Shown here piece by piece: positions 1-8,844 of a stretch of DNA of 64,000 nucleotides (positions within the stretch are counted from its first letter, which is position 1; each line of letters begins with the position of its first letter). This stretch comes from Polyangiaceae bacterium (GTDB lineage Bacteria > Myxococcota_A > Polyangia > Polyangiales > Polyangiaceae): assembly GCA_044376115.1 (NCBI GenBank), contig JBILLK010000037.1:1-64000 (forward strand), written 5' to 3'. The notes under the pieces are model-generated. The model was not told the DNA's origin and made no database searches. It saw nothing but the letters and a program-made list of their open reading frames with translations. Position numbers and translations under genes: made by a program.

Positions 1-96
1 TTGGCAAAGGCCAAGCACAGATGGAATCGGCCCGTCGCCTGGACGAAAGCGCTCGCGCATCTAGCCATCATGTTTCCCGACCGACTGCCCATCTAG
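1..96 (+). CDS. IS256-family transposase, C-terminal fragment (runs off left edge)
   Basis: Frame 1 reads LAKAKHRWNRPVAWTKALAHLAIMFPDRLPI*, resembling the IS256 C-terminal pattern KWxxPxxxWxxALxxxAIxFxDRL; followed immediately by an IS256-like terminal repeat. Not in the ORF track. Confidence 0.75.
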   Translation: MAKAKHRWNRPVAWTKALAHLAIMFPDRLPI

Positions 97-125
97 GCAA
101 GTAACACGGAAATTCTGACACCCTC
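1..125 (+). mobile_element. Right end of IS256-family insertion sequence (terminal inverted repeat ~102-125)
   Basis: TAACACGGAAATTCTGACACCCTC a few nt after the transposase stop resembles the IS256 right-end pattern TACAC(A/G)xAAxTxTGACACxxxC; left end lies outside the window. Confidence 0.7.
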
Positions 126-215
126 CGCGGCGGCCCGACAACGTCATCAGCTCGCTCGTCCATAGCCGGCCAAGCGCATACAGGCTGAGCTGGGCGTGCC
201 GCAGCAACGCCCCTC

Positions 216-310
<95 letters not shown>

Positions 311-458
311 AGCCCGCCTTCTTCGCCGGCCGTCAGCGCGGCGCAATCGACGCGATCAAGCTCAACGCGTTTTATCGAAGGGCTGCTGCTAGGGCATGGG
401 GACGTGCATCCGCTTCCCTAGGCTCACCCTCAGCGGATGAGGTCACGTCGCCGGGGGC

Positions 459-992
459 TCAGTTGGCTGGGGCGTTCCGCTCGAAGTGGAGCGTCGTTGT
501 CTCGGTGCTGCCGTTCGAAGCCTTGTAGACCTCCGTCTGTTCGAGCTTGTTTCCGACGAAGTGGAGCCGTTTCTCGACCAGACAGGACTGCTCGGGGAGC
601 AGGTTCGTCGCGTCGCGGAAACGAAACACGTAGTCGTCCTCCGAGCTCGAGGTGAGCTGAAGCCGCGGCTGGTTGCCCTGCGCGCAGTAGTGAGTCATCA
701 GCAGCGCTTCACGGTCAGCGTGATAGATGCTGGCGGTCTCCCGGCCGCCTGCAGTCACAAACGTCTCAACCAGGGCGCTGTCGGCGGAGATCGTTCGAAA
801 AGACTCGACCACGCGCTTTCCAGGTGCGGTCTCGGCCTGCCAACTCCCGTGGAGCCGCGCTGCGAGTCGTGCGAGCACGGTCGACCCCGACGCGGGGCTG
901 ACCGCGCTGGCCGGTTCATGGTGAGCGATGGGCGTTGCGCAGCCGGCGAGCGTGGCAATAGCGAGCATCGCGCGTAGTCGTAGCGTTTGCAT
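459..992 (-). CDS. Conserved hypothetical lipoprotein
   Basis: Lipobox LAGC; motif YHxDxxxLLMTHYCAQGNQPRL typical of an uncharacterised beta-rich family; start uncertain (992 or 968). Confidence 0.7.
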   Translation of the reverse strand: MQTLRLRAMLAIATLAGCATPIAHHEPASAVSPASGSTVLARLAARLHGSWQAETAPGKRVVESFRTISADSALVETFVTAGGRETASIYHADREALLMTHYCAQGNQPRLQLTSSSEDDYVFRFRDATNLLPEQSCLVEKRLHFVGNKLEQTEVYKASNGSTETTTLHFERNAPAN

Positions 993-1104
993 GCCGCTCC
1001 AACCGAGAGCCCGCACGGTCCATTCCTGCGCACGCTCGTGAGTTGTCGCGCTTTATTTTTGTTTTTGCGTGACGTCTCCTGAGCTCCCGCCGACTCACCT
1101 CAGC

Positions 1105-1839
1105 ATGAAGCCAGTCGCCTCCTCCAAGTTCTCTGCTCTCTTCGCTCGCACGTTCGGTCGCATCGCCCCCCTGCTCGCTGTCGTCGCGCTCACCCCCGCC
1201 TGTTTCTTCGGGCCCGGTGAGGATTTCGAGGGGACCGATTCGCAGGAAGAGGAGACGGAGGAAGCGGAGTTCGTGTCGCCAGCCGACTCCGACTTCTTCT
1301 TCGGCGACCTGCAACAGCTCAGCCTGCACGGTGGCAGCGGTGGCACGTTGAGCCACGACGCGTGTACGCCGGGCGACGTGCTCATCGGGTTGAGCGGCTT
1401 CTTGGACGAGGCAGGGCGGCACGGTCAAATGCAGGCGAAGTGTGCGCGCCTCGAGGTGGAGCAGGCCAACGATGGCTCCTTCCTGGTGAGCACGGGCGAG
1501 AGCGACTACACGCCACTGCTTGGTGCGAAGGGCCAGGCAGCGTGGAGCAGCCAGTGTCCGCAGAACGAAGTGGTGATCGGCTTTGCCGTGCGCACTGGGC
1601 AGTTGGTAGACCAAGTTCAGCTCAGCTGCGCGCCGCTCGAGCTGATCGACGGCGGCAACGAAGGGCTGTTTTTGATGCGAGGCGAGGCTCACGATCTGAA
1701 GGCGGTCGGCGCCAACAGCGGCTCGGCCTTCGTTGAACGGTGCCCGGAGGGAACGGTGGCCACGGTACTGGACCTGCGTTCGGGAGATTCGATCGACGCG
1801 CTGGGGATGTCGTGCCGGAGCCTCGAGCTGGCGGAGTGA
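1105..1839 (+). CDS. Secreted lipoprotein with three Cys-anchored repeats (jacalin/beta-prism-like)
   Basis: Signal ending TPAC; three repeats of C(P/T)xxxVxxGxxxRxGxxxDxxxxxC (e.g. CPQNEVVIGFAVRTGQLVDQVQLSC). Confidence 0.6.
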   Translation: MKPVASSKFSALFARTFGRIAPLLAVVALTPACFFGPGEDFEGTDSQEEETEEAEFVSPADSDFFFGDLQQLSLHGGSGGTLSHDACTPGDVLIGLSGFLDEAGRHGQMQAKCARLEVEQANDGSFLVSTGESDYTPLLGAKGQAAWSSQCPQNEVVIGFAVRTGQLVDQVQLSCAPLELIDGGNEGLFLMRGEAHDLKAVGANSGSAFVERCPEGTVATVLDLRSGDSIDALGMSCRSLELAE

Positions 1840-1868
1840 GCCCCGACGAGGCGATGCGGCCGCCGCGC

Positions 1869-1897
1869 TCAGCCGATCGTGATCAGCAGCGTCTTCA
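1869..1897. repeat. Direct repeat copy 1 (duplicate of the 3' end of the RluA/methyltransferase gene)
   Basis: TCAGCCGATCGTGATCAGCAGCGTCTTCA, 27/29 identical to 3750-3778; minus strand reads LKTLLITIG*. Confidence 0.85.
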
Positions 1898-2866
1898 GCT
1901 TCGACGACTTCGCCTCGGGCTGGAAGTCCTTACGGGCGGCGCTTGGTTGGCCGGAGTAGCCGGTCTTTCGTCTTGTTGCAGCTGGCTGAGTCGAAAGCTC
2001 CCGGGGGCCTCCCCGGTGCGGGCTCGGAAGAACTTCACGAAGTTGGTTGGCTCGGAGAAGCCGAGCTGTTCGCCGATCGTGGCGACGGTGTCTCTGCCGT
2101 GTACGAGCGCTCGTTTGGCCTCTAGCACGACGCGTTCGTCGATCACGGTTTTGGCCGAAACACCCAGCGTCGCTTGGATGCTGCGATCGAGCGTGCGCGT
2201 TGAGCAGCCGAGGTTCTGCGCGTAGTCCTCGACCCGGCGCGTGACGCGAAAGGAGCGCTCAACCGCTGCGCGAAATCTGCGCGCTCGTTCTTGCTCCGGC
2301 GTGCCCTGTTCGCTCGCCGCCTCCTTCATCCCTCGAGCGTGGGCAAGGCCAAGCAGGCTGCACGCGAGCACGTACCTGACGAGCGCGAGCTCCAGGTTGG
2401 AGCTCGTTTCGCTGGCCGTGATGGCTCGAACCCGCTCGAGTTGGGCTTGGGTTTCGGCGCGTTCGCTTGGCCCCAGTTGCAGATGGGTCGGCCAGCCGAA
2501 ATCGTCGAAGAAGCCCTCATGCCACGGGTCCCCGCGGCGGTGCTGACGAGGCAGCAGGAACGTCGGCGCAACCAGCACGGCTAGCCCATCCACCTCCTTG
2601 GTAAGCCCGAAACGGTGGACTTGCCCAGGCCTCACGTAAAGCAGCGTACCGGGCCGACAGGCGTGTGACTCGAAGTCCACCTCGTGGTCGCAGCGGCCCT
2701 CGAGGTAGAGCACGAAGATGTGAAACTCCATGCGCTCAATGACGCCGCGGGGGACATGCCGCGCCAGCTCAGAGAGCTGCATCACCTCTACTTGATCGCT
2801 CGGTCTTCGTGGCCTCCAGCCAACCGCTACGATGCGCTCACTGCTCGTGTGTCTAAGTTTGACCAT
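1895..2866 (-). CDS. AraC-family transcriptional regulator
   Basis: N-terminal cupin-like region (RPGQVHRF) and C-terminal HTH signature IGEQLGFSEPTNFVKFFRARTGEAPGSFR. Confidence 0.92.
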   Translation of the reverse strand: MVKLRHTSSERIVAVGWRPRRPSDQVEVMQLSELARHVPRGVIERMEFHIFVLYLEGRCDHEVDFESHACRPGTLLYVRPGQVHRFGLTKEVDGLAVLVAPTFLLPRQHRRGDPWHEGFFDDFGWPTHLQLGPSERAETQAQLERVRAITASETSSNLELALVRYVLACSLLGLAHARGMKEAASEQGTPEQERARRFRAAVERSFRVTRRVEDYAQNLGCSTRTLDRSIQATLGVSAKTVIDERVVLEAKRALVHGRDTVATIGEQLGFSEPTNFVKFFRARTGEAPGSFRLSQLQQDERPATPANQAPPVRTSSPRRSRRS

Positions 2867-2974
2867 GGATCGTCAGAAGTTGACCTCGATAGTACGACCA
2901 TAGATTGGCATCTTGGGGCTCGTTGAAACGGCGAGGCAGAAAATGACCATCGCTGACTGCAAGGAGAAATCACG

Positions 2975-3736
2975 ATGAACCCCAAGCAACAAGTTGAAGC
3001 GCTCTTGCGCAGCATTGAGACCGGTGACCACCACGCGGCCGAGTGCATCAGCCAAGCCCAATACACGCAGCACAATCTTGCCGTCGGCGACGGCCTCGCT
3101 GGCTTTGGCGCCGTCTTGGCGGCCCTGCCCAAAGGCTCGGCGCGGGCGCGGCCGGTGCGCGTGTTCCAAGACGGGGAGTTCGTGTTTGCCCACACCGACT
3201 ATGACTTCTTCGGGCCCAAGATCGGCTTCGATCTTTTCCGCTTCGAAGCTGGGAAAATTGTCGAACATTGGGACAATCTGCAGGCGACGCCAGCGCAAGC
3301 GAACCCAAGCGGTCACACCATGACCGATGGGCCTGTAGAGCCGACTGATCTCGACAAGACCGAAGCGAACAAGTCGCTGGTGCGCGCCTTCGTGGAGGAC
3401 ATCCTCGTCAACGGCCGCATGGAGAAGCTCGCCGGTTACTTCGACGGGGATAACTACGTGCAACACAACCCGCAGATCGGCGACGGGCTCTCGGGTCTAG
3501 GCAGCGCGCTCAAGGCGATGGCCGAGCAGGGCATTACCATGAAGTACGACCGGATTCACCGAGTGCTCGGTGAAGGCAACTTCGTTCTCACGATCAGCGA
3601 GGGGAGCTTTGCCGGTACCCACTCGTCTTTCTACGACTTGTTCCGCGTCGAGCAGGGCAAGATCGCCGAGCACTGGGACACCATCGAGGCGATCCCAGCG
3701 CGCTCTGAATGGAAGAACGAGAACGGCAAGTTCTAG
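2975..3736 (+). CDS. Tandem SnoaL-like / NTF2-family protein
   Basis: Two repeats with YxQHNxxxGDG and DLFRxExGKIxEHWD; SD AAGGAG upstream; divergent from the AraC gene. Confidence 0.9.
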   Translation: MNPKQQVEALLRSIETGDHHAAECISQAQYTQHNLAVGDGLAGFGAVLAALPKGSARARPVRVFQDGEFVFAHTDYDFFGPKIGFDLFRFEAGKIVEHWDNLQATPAQANPSGHTMTDGPVEPTDLDKTEANKSLVRAFVEDILVNGRMEKLAGYFDGDNYVQHNPQIGDGLSGLGSALKAMAEQGITMKYDRIHRVLGEGNFVLTISEGSFAGTHSSFYDLFRVEQGKIAEHWDTIEAIPARSEWKNENGKF

Positions 3737-3749
3737 TGCTCGCGCCGCC

Positions 3750-3778
3750 TCAGGCGATCGTGATCAACAGCGTCTTCA
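3750..3778. repeat. Direct repeat copy 2 (current 3' end of the RluA/methyltransferase gene)
   Basis: TCAGGCGATCGTGATCAACAGCGTCTTCA; minus strand reads LKTLLITIA*. Confidence 0.85.
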
Positions 3779-5435
3779 AGTGCGATTCATGCCCGGGCGC
3801 CGGCGGAAAATCTGCCGGCGTCGGTAGCGCCTTCATCTGCTTCACGGTGACCTTGGCTTCGCGCGCCGCCTCATGCAGATAACGTCGGAACTTGACGGTC
3901 AAAATGCCGCGGTGGTTGGTGCAGGCCAAGAGCTGACCTCCCGGTTTGAGCACGCCAAAGCACAGGGCTCCGAGCCGGACGAACTCGGACTCGGCGCTGA
4001 ACACCGAACTCTTGGTGGTGGAGAAGCTCGGCGGATCGACGACGACGAAGTCCCAGCGTCGCGTGCTTGCGCGCTCCTTCACCAAAAAGTCGAATACGTC
4101 GCTCACCGCGACATCATGCTTCTTCGGATCCGCGCCCACGCGATCGAGGTTGCGCCGGGCCCACTCCAAGGCCGAGGCCGAGACGTCGACCGTCATCGTC
4201 TTGGAAGCGCCTGCGGCTGCGGCCACGACGCTGAAGCCGCCGGTATAGGCGAATAGGTTGAGCACGCTCTTGCCCTTGGCCAGCCCAGCCACGCGTTCGC
4301 GGTTCTGGCGCTGGTCCAGGAACAAGCCGGTCGAGAGCCCATCGCCCAGGCGGGTTTCAAACGGGGTCTTGTTCTCGAGGATCTCCAGCGGCTCGGGCGC
4401 TGCTTCACCTGCGACGGGCAAGCGCGGAGCGACGTTCTCTTGGCGCGTCGAGACCACGCGACTTGCGTTCTTGGGGCGCCGCTTGACGTAGACGCCGCTC
4501 ACTCCGAGCTCGGTCAGGGCCTCCACCATCGCGGTCTCGAGCTCCGCGCCGAAGTCGCGGTAAAGCGAGAGCACAGCGAAGGCGTCGTACAGGTCGACGG
4601 TGGTGTCCGGCCAGCCGTCGCTCTCGCCGTTGAGCAGCCGAAAGGCCGTGGTTTCACCTAGCAGCGGAATACCGAAGCGCCGGCCCGCGGCCTGCTCCAG
4701 CTCGGCGAAGAACTCGGCCTTGTTGCTTGGCGCGGCCTCTTGTTTGACCTGCAAGTTGAAGGCGGCGGGCAGCTCGGCGCTGACGGTGAAGGGCTGCCCG
4801 CTGCTGGGGTGCGTGATGGTCAGGCGCTCGGCGTGCAGCATCATGCGCCGACCAGGCGCTCCGCCGTAGATCGGATCCCCGACGATCGGCGCGCCGATCG
4901 CCGCGAGCTGAGCCCGCAGTTGGTGCGTGCGGCCTGTCTCCGGCGTCAGCCGAACCAACGCGCGTTTCCCGGCGCGCCCGAGCGTCTCCAGGCTCGCGTG
5001 GGCCTCTTGTTCGTTGGGGCGCTTCTTATCGGTATACGGGCGGGTCGCTCGTCGCTGCCCGTCTCCGTCGCTGATCAGGTGCGAGAGCTTGCCTTGATCC
5101 GGCACGCGCCCTTCCACCATCGCCACGTAGGACTTCTCGACTTGGCGGCCCTCAAACTGCGCAGCCAACGATGGGTTGGCCTCTTTGCGGCGGGTGAACA
5201 GCACCACGCCGGAGGTCTCTTTATCGAGCCGCTGGTGGATACCGAGATAGCTGGGCTCACCGCGTTCTTTGAAGTGGGTCGTGAGCCAGGTCACCACGTC
5301 ATCGCGACGGCCCTTCTCTGCCGGGTGGGTCGAAAGCCCCCACGGCTTGTCGACAGCGATCAGGTCAGCGTCGAGATGCAGAATGCGCCGCTCTGGGAAG
5401 GAGCGGAACAGCGGTAAAACGAATTGGCCGCTCAC
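3750..5435 (-). CDS. Fusion of RluA-family pseudouridine synthase and RlmI/RlmK-like SAM-dependent rRNA methyltransferase
   Basis: N-half: VDKPWG, HQRLDKETSG (catalytic Asp), TGRTHQLR, GDPIYG. C-half: TGLFLDQRQNR, VLNLFAYTGGFS, DPPSF. Confidence 0.9.
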   Translation of the reverse strand: MSGQFVLPLFRSFPERRILHLDADLIAVDKPWGLSTHPAEKGRRDDVVTWLTTHFKERGEPSYLGIHQRLDKETSGVVLFTRRKEANPSLAAQFEGRQVEKSYVAMVEGRVPDQGKLSHLISDGDGQRRATRPYTDKKRPNEQEAHASLETLGRAGKRALVRLTPETGRTHQLRAQLAAIGAPIVGDPIYGGAPGRRMMLHAERLTITHPSSGQPFTVSAELPAAFNLQVKQEAAPSNKAEFFAELEQAAGRRFGIPLLGETTAFRLLNGESDGWPDTTVDLYDAFAVLSLYRDFGAELETAMVEALTELGVSGVYVKRRPKNASRVVSTRQENVAPRLPVAGEAAPEPLEILENKTPFETRLGDGLSTGLFLDQRQNRERVAGLAKGKSVLNLFAYTGGFSVVAAAAGASKTMTVDVSASALEWARRNLDRVGADPKKHDVAVSDVFDFLVKERASTRRWDFVVVDPPSFSTTKSSVFSAESEFVRLGALCFGVLKPGGQLLACTNHRGILTVKFRRYLHEAAREAKVTVKQMKALPTPADFPPAPGHESHLKTLLITIA

Positions 5436-6412
5436 TTGGTGACGTTCGTCCCGGGGGGCGCCGTGAACACGAACTCAGCCGGATCGATCTTCGCCGGGAT
5501 CGACGCGTCGAAGAACTCGAAGCGGTTGCGGTTCCCTTGAGCGTCGACGATCAAAACGCCGGTAACCACGCCCGGATCTTTCTTCTCGAGCCGCTCCTTG
5601 TGCACGTAGAAGAGCACTTGCTCGTATTGCGGGTTGGCCTCGCGCGGCTTGCCCACCAGCACGCTGCCTAGGTCGAACTTGGCCTTCTCGTTGAAGGTAA
5701 ACTCGAAGCTCCTTCGAATCCCGCCGCCCATGATGAAGCCGAAGGCGCCCGGGTACTCGGTGTTCTTTACCGGCTGCTCGAACATCTGCTCGTCCTCGGC
5801 GATGTAAATACGCAAGGTCGAGCCGTCGGAGACGATGCGGTTCTTGTTCGGCGCGTCGTAGCGGAAGGAGATCTTGTTGGGCCGTTCGATGAAGACGACG
5901 CCCTTCATTTCACGCTCGACGCCTGCGACCTTGGTCTTGTGCTTCTGCACGAAGCGCGCGGTGAAACGAGTTGCGTTTTGGTAGACCGAGTCGATGTCGG
6001 CGGCCATCGCGTCAGCGCTGCCGGGCGCTGGGGGAGGGAGCTCGACCACCGGCAACTCGGTGGGGGTGGGCGCTGGGCTCACGGCCGTACCGCTCGGGAT
6101 TGCACTGGGCGTCGCGGTTGGCGTGGGTGCAGGCTGACTGGTGCCGGAGAGCTTGGGCGCCACGTCGGGGCTAGCGGAAGTTGAGGCGCTGGCACTGAGC
6201 GGTGCCGCTGGCGAGACGCTCGTCGTCGGGGTGCCGCTCTGGGCTGCGGAGGGGGCTGCAGCACTGGCCGACTTTGCCGCCGAACTCTGCGCGGGCGCCG
6301 CGGTTTGTGACCCGGCGCCTGCCGCGCCGCTATCACCGCAAGCCAGCAAGCTCGCCAATCCGAACCAATAGCCGATGCCTCGTGCGGCACGTACCTTCGG
6401 TTGAAACACCAT
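5432..6412 (-). CDS. LolA-family outer-membrane lipoprotein carrier with N-terminal lipobox-like signal and Pro/Ala/Ser linker
   Basis: C-terminal ~190 aa fits LolA (FTARFVQ, GVVFIERPNK, IVSDGSTLRIY, DAQGNRNRFEF, FVFTAPPGT). Confidence 0.8.
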   Translation of the reverse strand: MVFQPKVRAARGIGYWFGLASLLACGDSGAAGAGSQTAAPAQSSAAKSASAAAPSAAQSGTPTTSVSPAAPLSASASTSASPDVAPKLSGTSQPAPTPTATPSAIPSGTAVSPAPTPTELPVVELPPPAPGSADAMAADIDSVYQNATRFTARFVQKHKTKVAGVEREMKGVVFIERPNKISFRYDAPNKNRIVSDGSTLRIYIAEDEQMFEQPVKNTEYPGAFGFIMGGGIRRSFEFTFNEKAKFDLGSVLVGKPREANPQYEQVLFYVHKERLEKKDPGVVTGVLIVDAQGNRNRFEFFDASIPAKIDPAEFVFTAPPGTNVTK

Positions 6413-6521
6413 ATTGTCCCACTACTACGGATGAAGAGGGGCTGGAGGTCTAGCCGAACGTCCGGTCCGAAGTTTTCGCTCGGAAGCGAACGCGCGCTGC
6501 TACAGTCTGCCTCGGTGCGCC

Positions 6522-7994
6522 GTGGAGGCTGGGGCGGTCCAGTCGGTGCACATCGTGAAGCCGATGATTCTTGGTCGTTACGCGCTTTATGACGAGCTGG
6601 CGTCGGGCGGAATGGCCACGGTGCATCTCGGCCGCTTGCTCGGGCCCGTGGGTTTTTCGCGCACGGTAGCGATCAAGCGCCTGCATCCGCAGTTCGCCAA
6701 GGACCCCGAGTTCGTCTCGATGTTCCTGGACGAGGCGCGGGTCGCTGCGCGAATTCAGCACCCCAACGTGGTCTCGACGATCGACGTCGTGGCCACCGAG
6801 GGCGAGCTGTTTCTGGTGATGGAGTACATCGAGGGCGAATCGTTATCGCGCATTTTGCGGCAGGTCCGCGCGGCCAACGGTCGCATCCCACTGCGCATCG
6901 TCGGCTCGATCATCACCGGCATGTTGCATGGGCTCCACGCTGCGCATGAAGCTCGCAGTGAGCGGGGAGATCCGCTGGGCATCATTCACCGTGACGTCTC
7001 TCCGCAGAACGTCATCATCGGCGTGGACGGCGTGAGCCGCGTGCTCGACTTCGGCGTGGCCAAGGCTGCTGGGCGGATGCAACACACCCGCGAGGGCCAG
7101 CTCAAAGGCAAGCTCGCCTATATGGCGCCGGAGCAAATCGCCGCCGAAGAGCTGGATCGGCGCGCCGATATCTACGCGGCCGGCGTCGTGCTTTGGGAGG
7201 CCCTCGCCTGCAGGCGATTGTTCGAGGGTGAGAATGAAGGGGCGATCGTCAACAAGATCATCACCAAGCCGGTGCCGCCACCCAGCCGGTTCGTGCCAGA
7301 CTTACCTCGGCCCGTTGACGACATTTGTCTGCGAGCGTTGTCGAAGGACCGCAACTTCCGCTTCGCGACAGCGCTCGAAATGGCCGTCTTGCTCGAACAG
7401 AGCCTTGGTACCGAGCCCAATTGGCGCGTGGGCCGCTTCGTCTCTTCCTGCGCGCACGAAGCACTTTCGCTGCGCTTTGCCCGCGTGCAAGAGATGGAGA
7501 ACCTCTCCACCGAGGTCGAGGGCGCGGTGGTCCCGTTTGCCGGTGCGACCCCAGCGCCGCTGCTGAAGTCGGGCAGCAGTTCGGCTCGGCCCCAATCGTC
7601 GCGTGCCCTGCTTTTCGCCTTGCTGGGCATGTTGCTGTTCAGCGTCGTGGTGTCGCTCGTCATCGTGTACCGCTCGCAGTCCGTTGGGCCGCAAACGGCC
7701 GCTAGCCCGGCGCCGCAGAGCTCAGGCTCGGCTACCACCGCCGCGCTCCCGAGCGCGAGCGCGGCGCCGCTCACGGCCTCGCTCACGACCTCATCGGCGA
7801 CGGAGCTTTCGGTCTCTGCATCGGGCTCCGCTGCGGTTCCGGCGACCGCTCCCGCGACGTCCGCGGCGAAGGTGACCGTCCGCACCACCGTCACCGCTCC
7901 GCAGAACTCTACTGCGCCGCCAGCTGTAAAGCCTGGGGACTGTTACTACGTCGAGAACGGCATCAAGAAGATCCGGCCCGCCTGTTTGAAGTAG
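6522..7994 (+). CDS. Membrane Ser/Thr protein kinase
   Basis: LASGGMATV, VAIKRL, HRDVSPQN, DFG, YMAPE; one TM helix and an Ala/Ser/Thr-rich tail. Confidence 0.95.
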   Translation: MEAGAVQSVHIVKPMILGRYALYDELASGGMATVHLGRLLGPVGFSRTVAIKRLHPQFAKDPEFVSMFLDEARVAARIQHPNVVSTIDVVATEGELFLVMEYIEGESLSRILRQVRAANGRIPLRIVGSIITGMLHGLHAAHEARSERGDPLGIIHRDVSPQNVIIGVDGVSRVLDFGVAKAAGRMQHTREGQLKGKLAYMAPEQIAAEELDRRADIYAAGVVLWEALACRRLFEGENEGAIVNKIITKPVPPPSRFVPDLPRPVDDICLRALSKDRNFRFATALEMAVLLEQSLGTEPNWRVGRFVSSCAHEALSLRFARVQEMENLSTEVEGAVVPFAGATPAPLLKSGSSSARPQSSRALLFALLGMLLFSVVVSLVIVYRSQSVGPQTAASPAPQSSGSATTAALPSASAAPLTASLTTSSATELSVSASGSAAVPATAPATSAAKVTVRTTVTAPQNSTAPPAVKPGDCYYVENGIKKIRPACLK

Positions 7995-8019
7995 CTCGGG
8001 ATGTGATATCCCCCTGAGG

Positions 8020-8844
8020 GTGCTGCGATCCCGGGCCAGCCTGTCGGCAAAACGCACGTTTGGCGTTGGTGCGCTCAGCGTTCTTTCGCTCGCGGCGCCG
8101 CTCGAGCTGCAGGCGCAGTCCAACGCTGATCAGTGCGTGCAAGCTTACGAAGACGGTCAGCAGGCGCGCAAACGCGGGGAACTCAAGAAGGCGGCAGAGG
8201 CGTTCACCGTGTGCGCCGCTGAGTCTTGCCCCGACTTGACGAAGACCGACTGTGTGCAGTGGCTTGGTGAAGTCGAGGCGCAGCGTCCGACGGTGGTGTT
8301 GGCGCTGGTGGACGAGAACGGCAAAGACGTCGCGAACGCGCGGGTGTTCGTCGATGGAGAGCTGCACGCTGAGTCGCTCGACGGCAAAGCGCTGGCGCTC
8401 GATCCGGGGCCGCACAAGGTTCGCATCGTGGTTTTAGGCAAGCCCGAGGTCTCGGAGGAATTGGTCGTGCGTGAGGGTGACAAGCTGCGCAAGGTCGAGC
8501 TGAAGTTGGGGGCAGCTGGAGAAGGCAGCGCGTTGGGATCGATCTCTCCAATCACCTGGGTGCTCGCAGGTGTTGGCGGCGCAAGTCTGGTGACGTTTGC
8601 GACGGTGGGCGGTTTGGGCTTGGCCGGTCGAAGTTGTGCGCCCACCTGCACCGATGATGAAGTTGCTGCGATCGAAACCAAGTTCATCGTCGCCGATGTG
8701 TTCTTGGCGGTGGGTTTAACGAGCTTGGCCGCTGGCTTGGTTGTCGGCCTGGTTTCGGCGACCTCGGAGAGCCAGGCACAAGCTGCGCTTTTGATCCACG
8801 GCGGTCCAGGCTCGTTGGCGTTGGGGCTCGACGTCAGCTTCTGA
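8020..8844 (+). CDS. Exported PEGA-like domain protein (often kinase-associated in Sorangiineae)
   Basis: Signal peptide, Cys-containing helical region, RVFVDG...LDPGPHKV, C-terminal hydrophobic segments. Confidence 0.6.
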   Translation: MLRSRASLSAKRTFGVGALSVLSLAAPLELQAQSNADQCVQAYEDGQQARKRGELKKAAEAFTVCAAESCPDLTKTDCVQWLGEVEAQRPTVVLALVDENGKDVANARVFVDGELHAESLDGKALALDPGPHKVRIVVLGKPEVSEELVVREGDKLRKVELKLGAAGEGSALGSISPITWVLAGVGGASLVTFATVGGLGLAGRSCAPTCTDDEVAAIETKFIVADVFLAVGLTSLAAGLVVGLVSATSESQAQAALLIHGGPGSLALGLDVSF

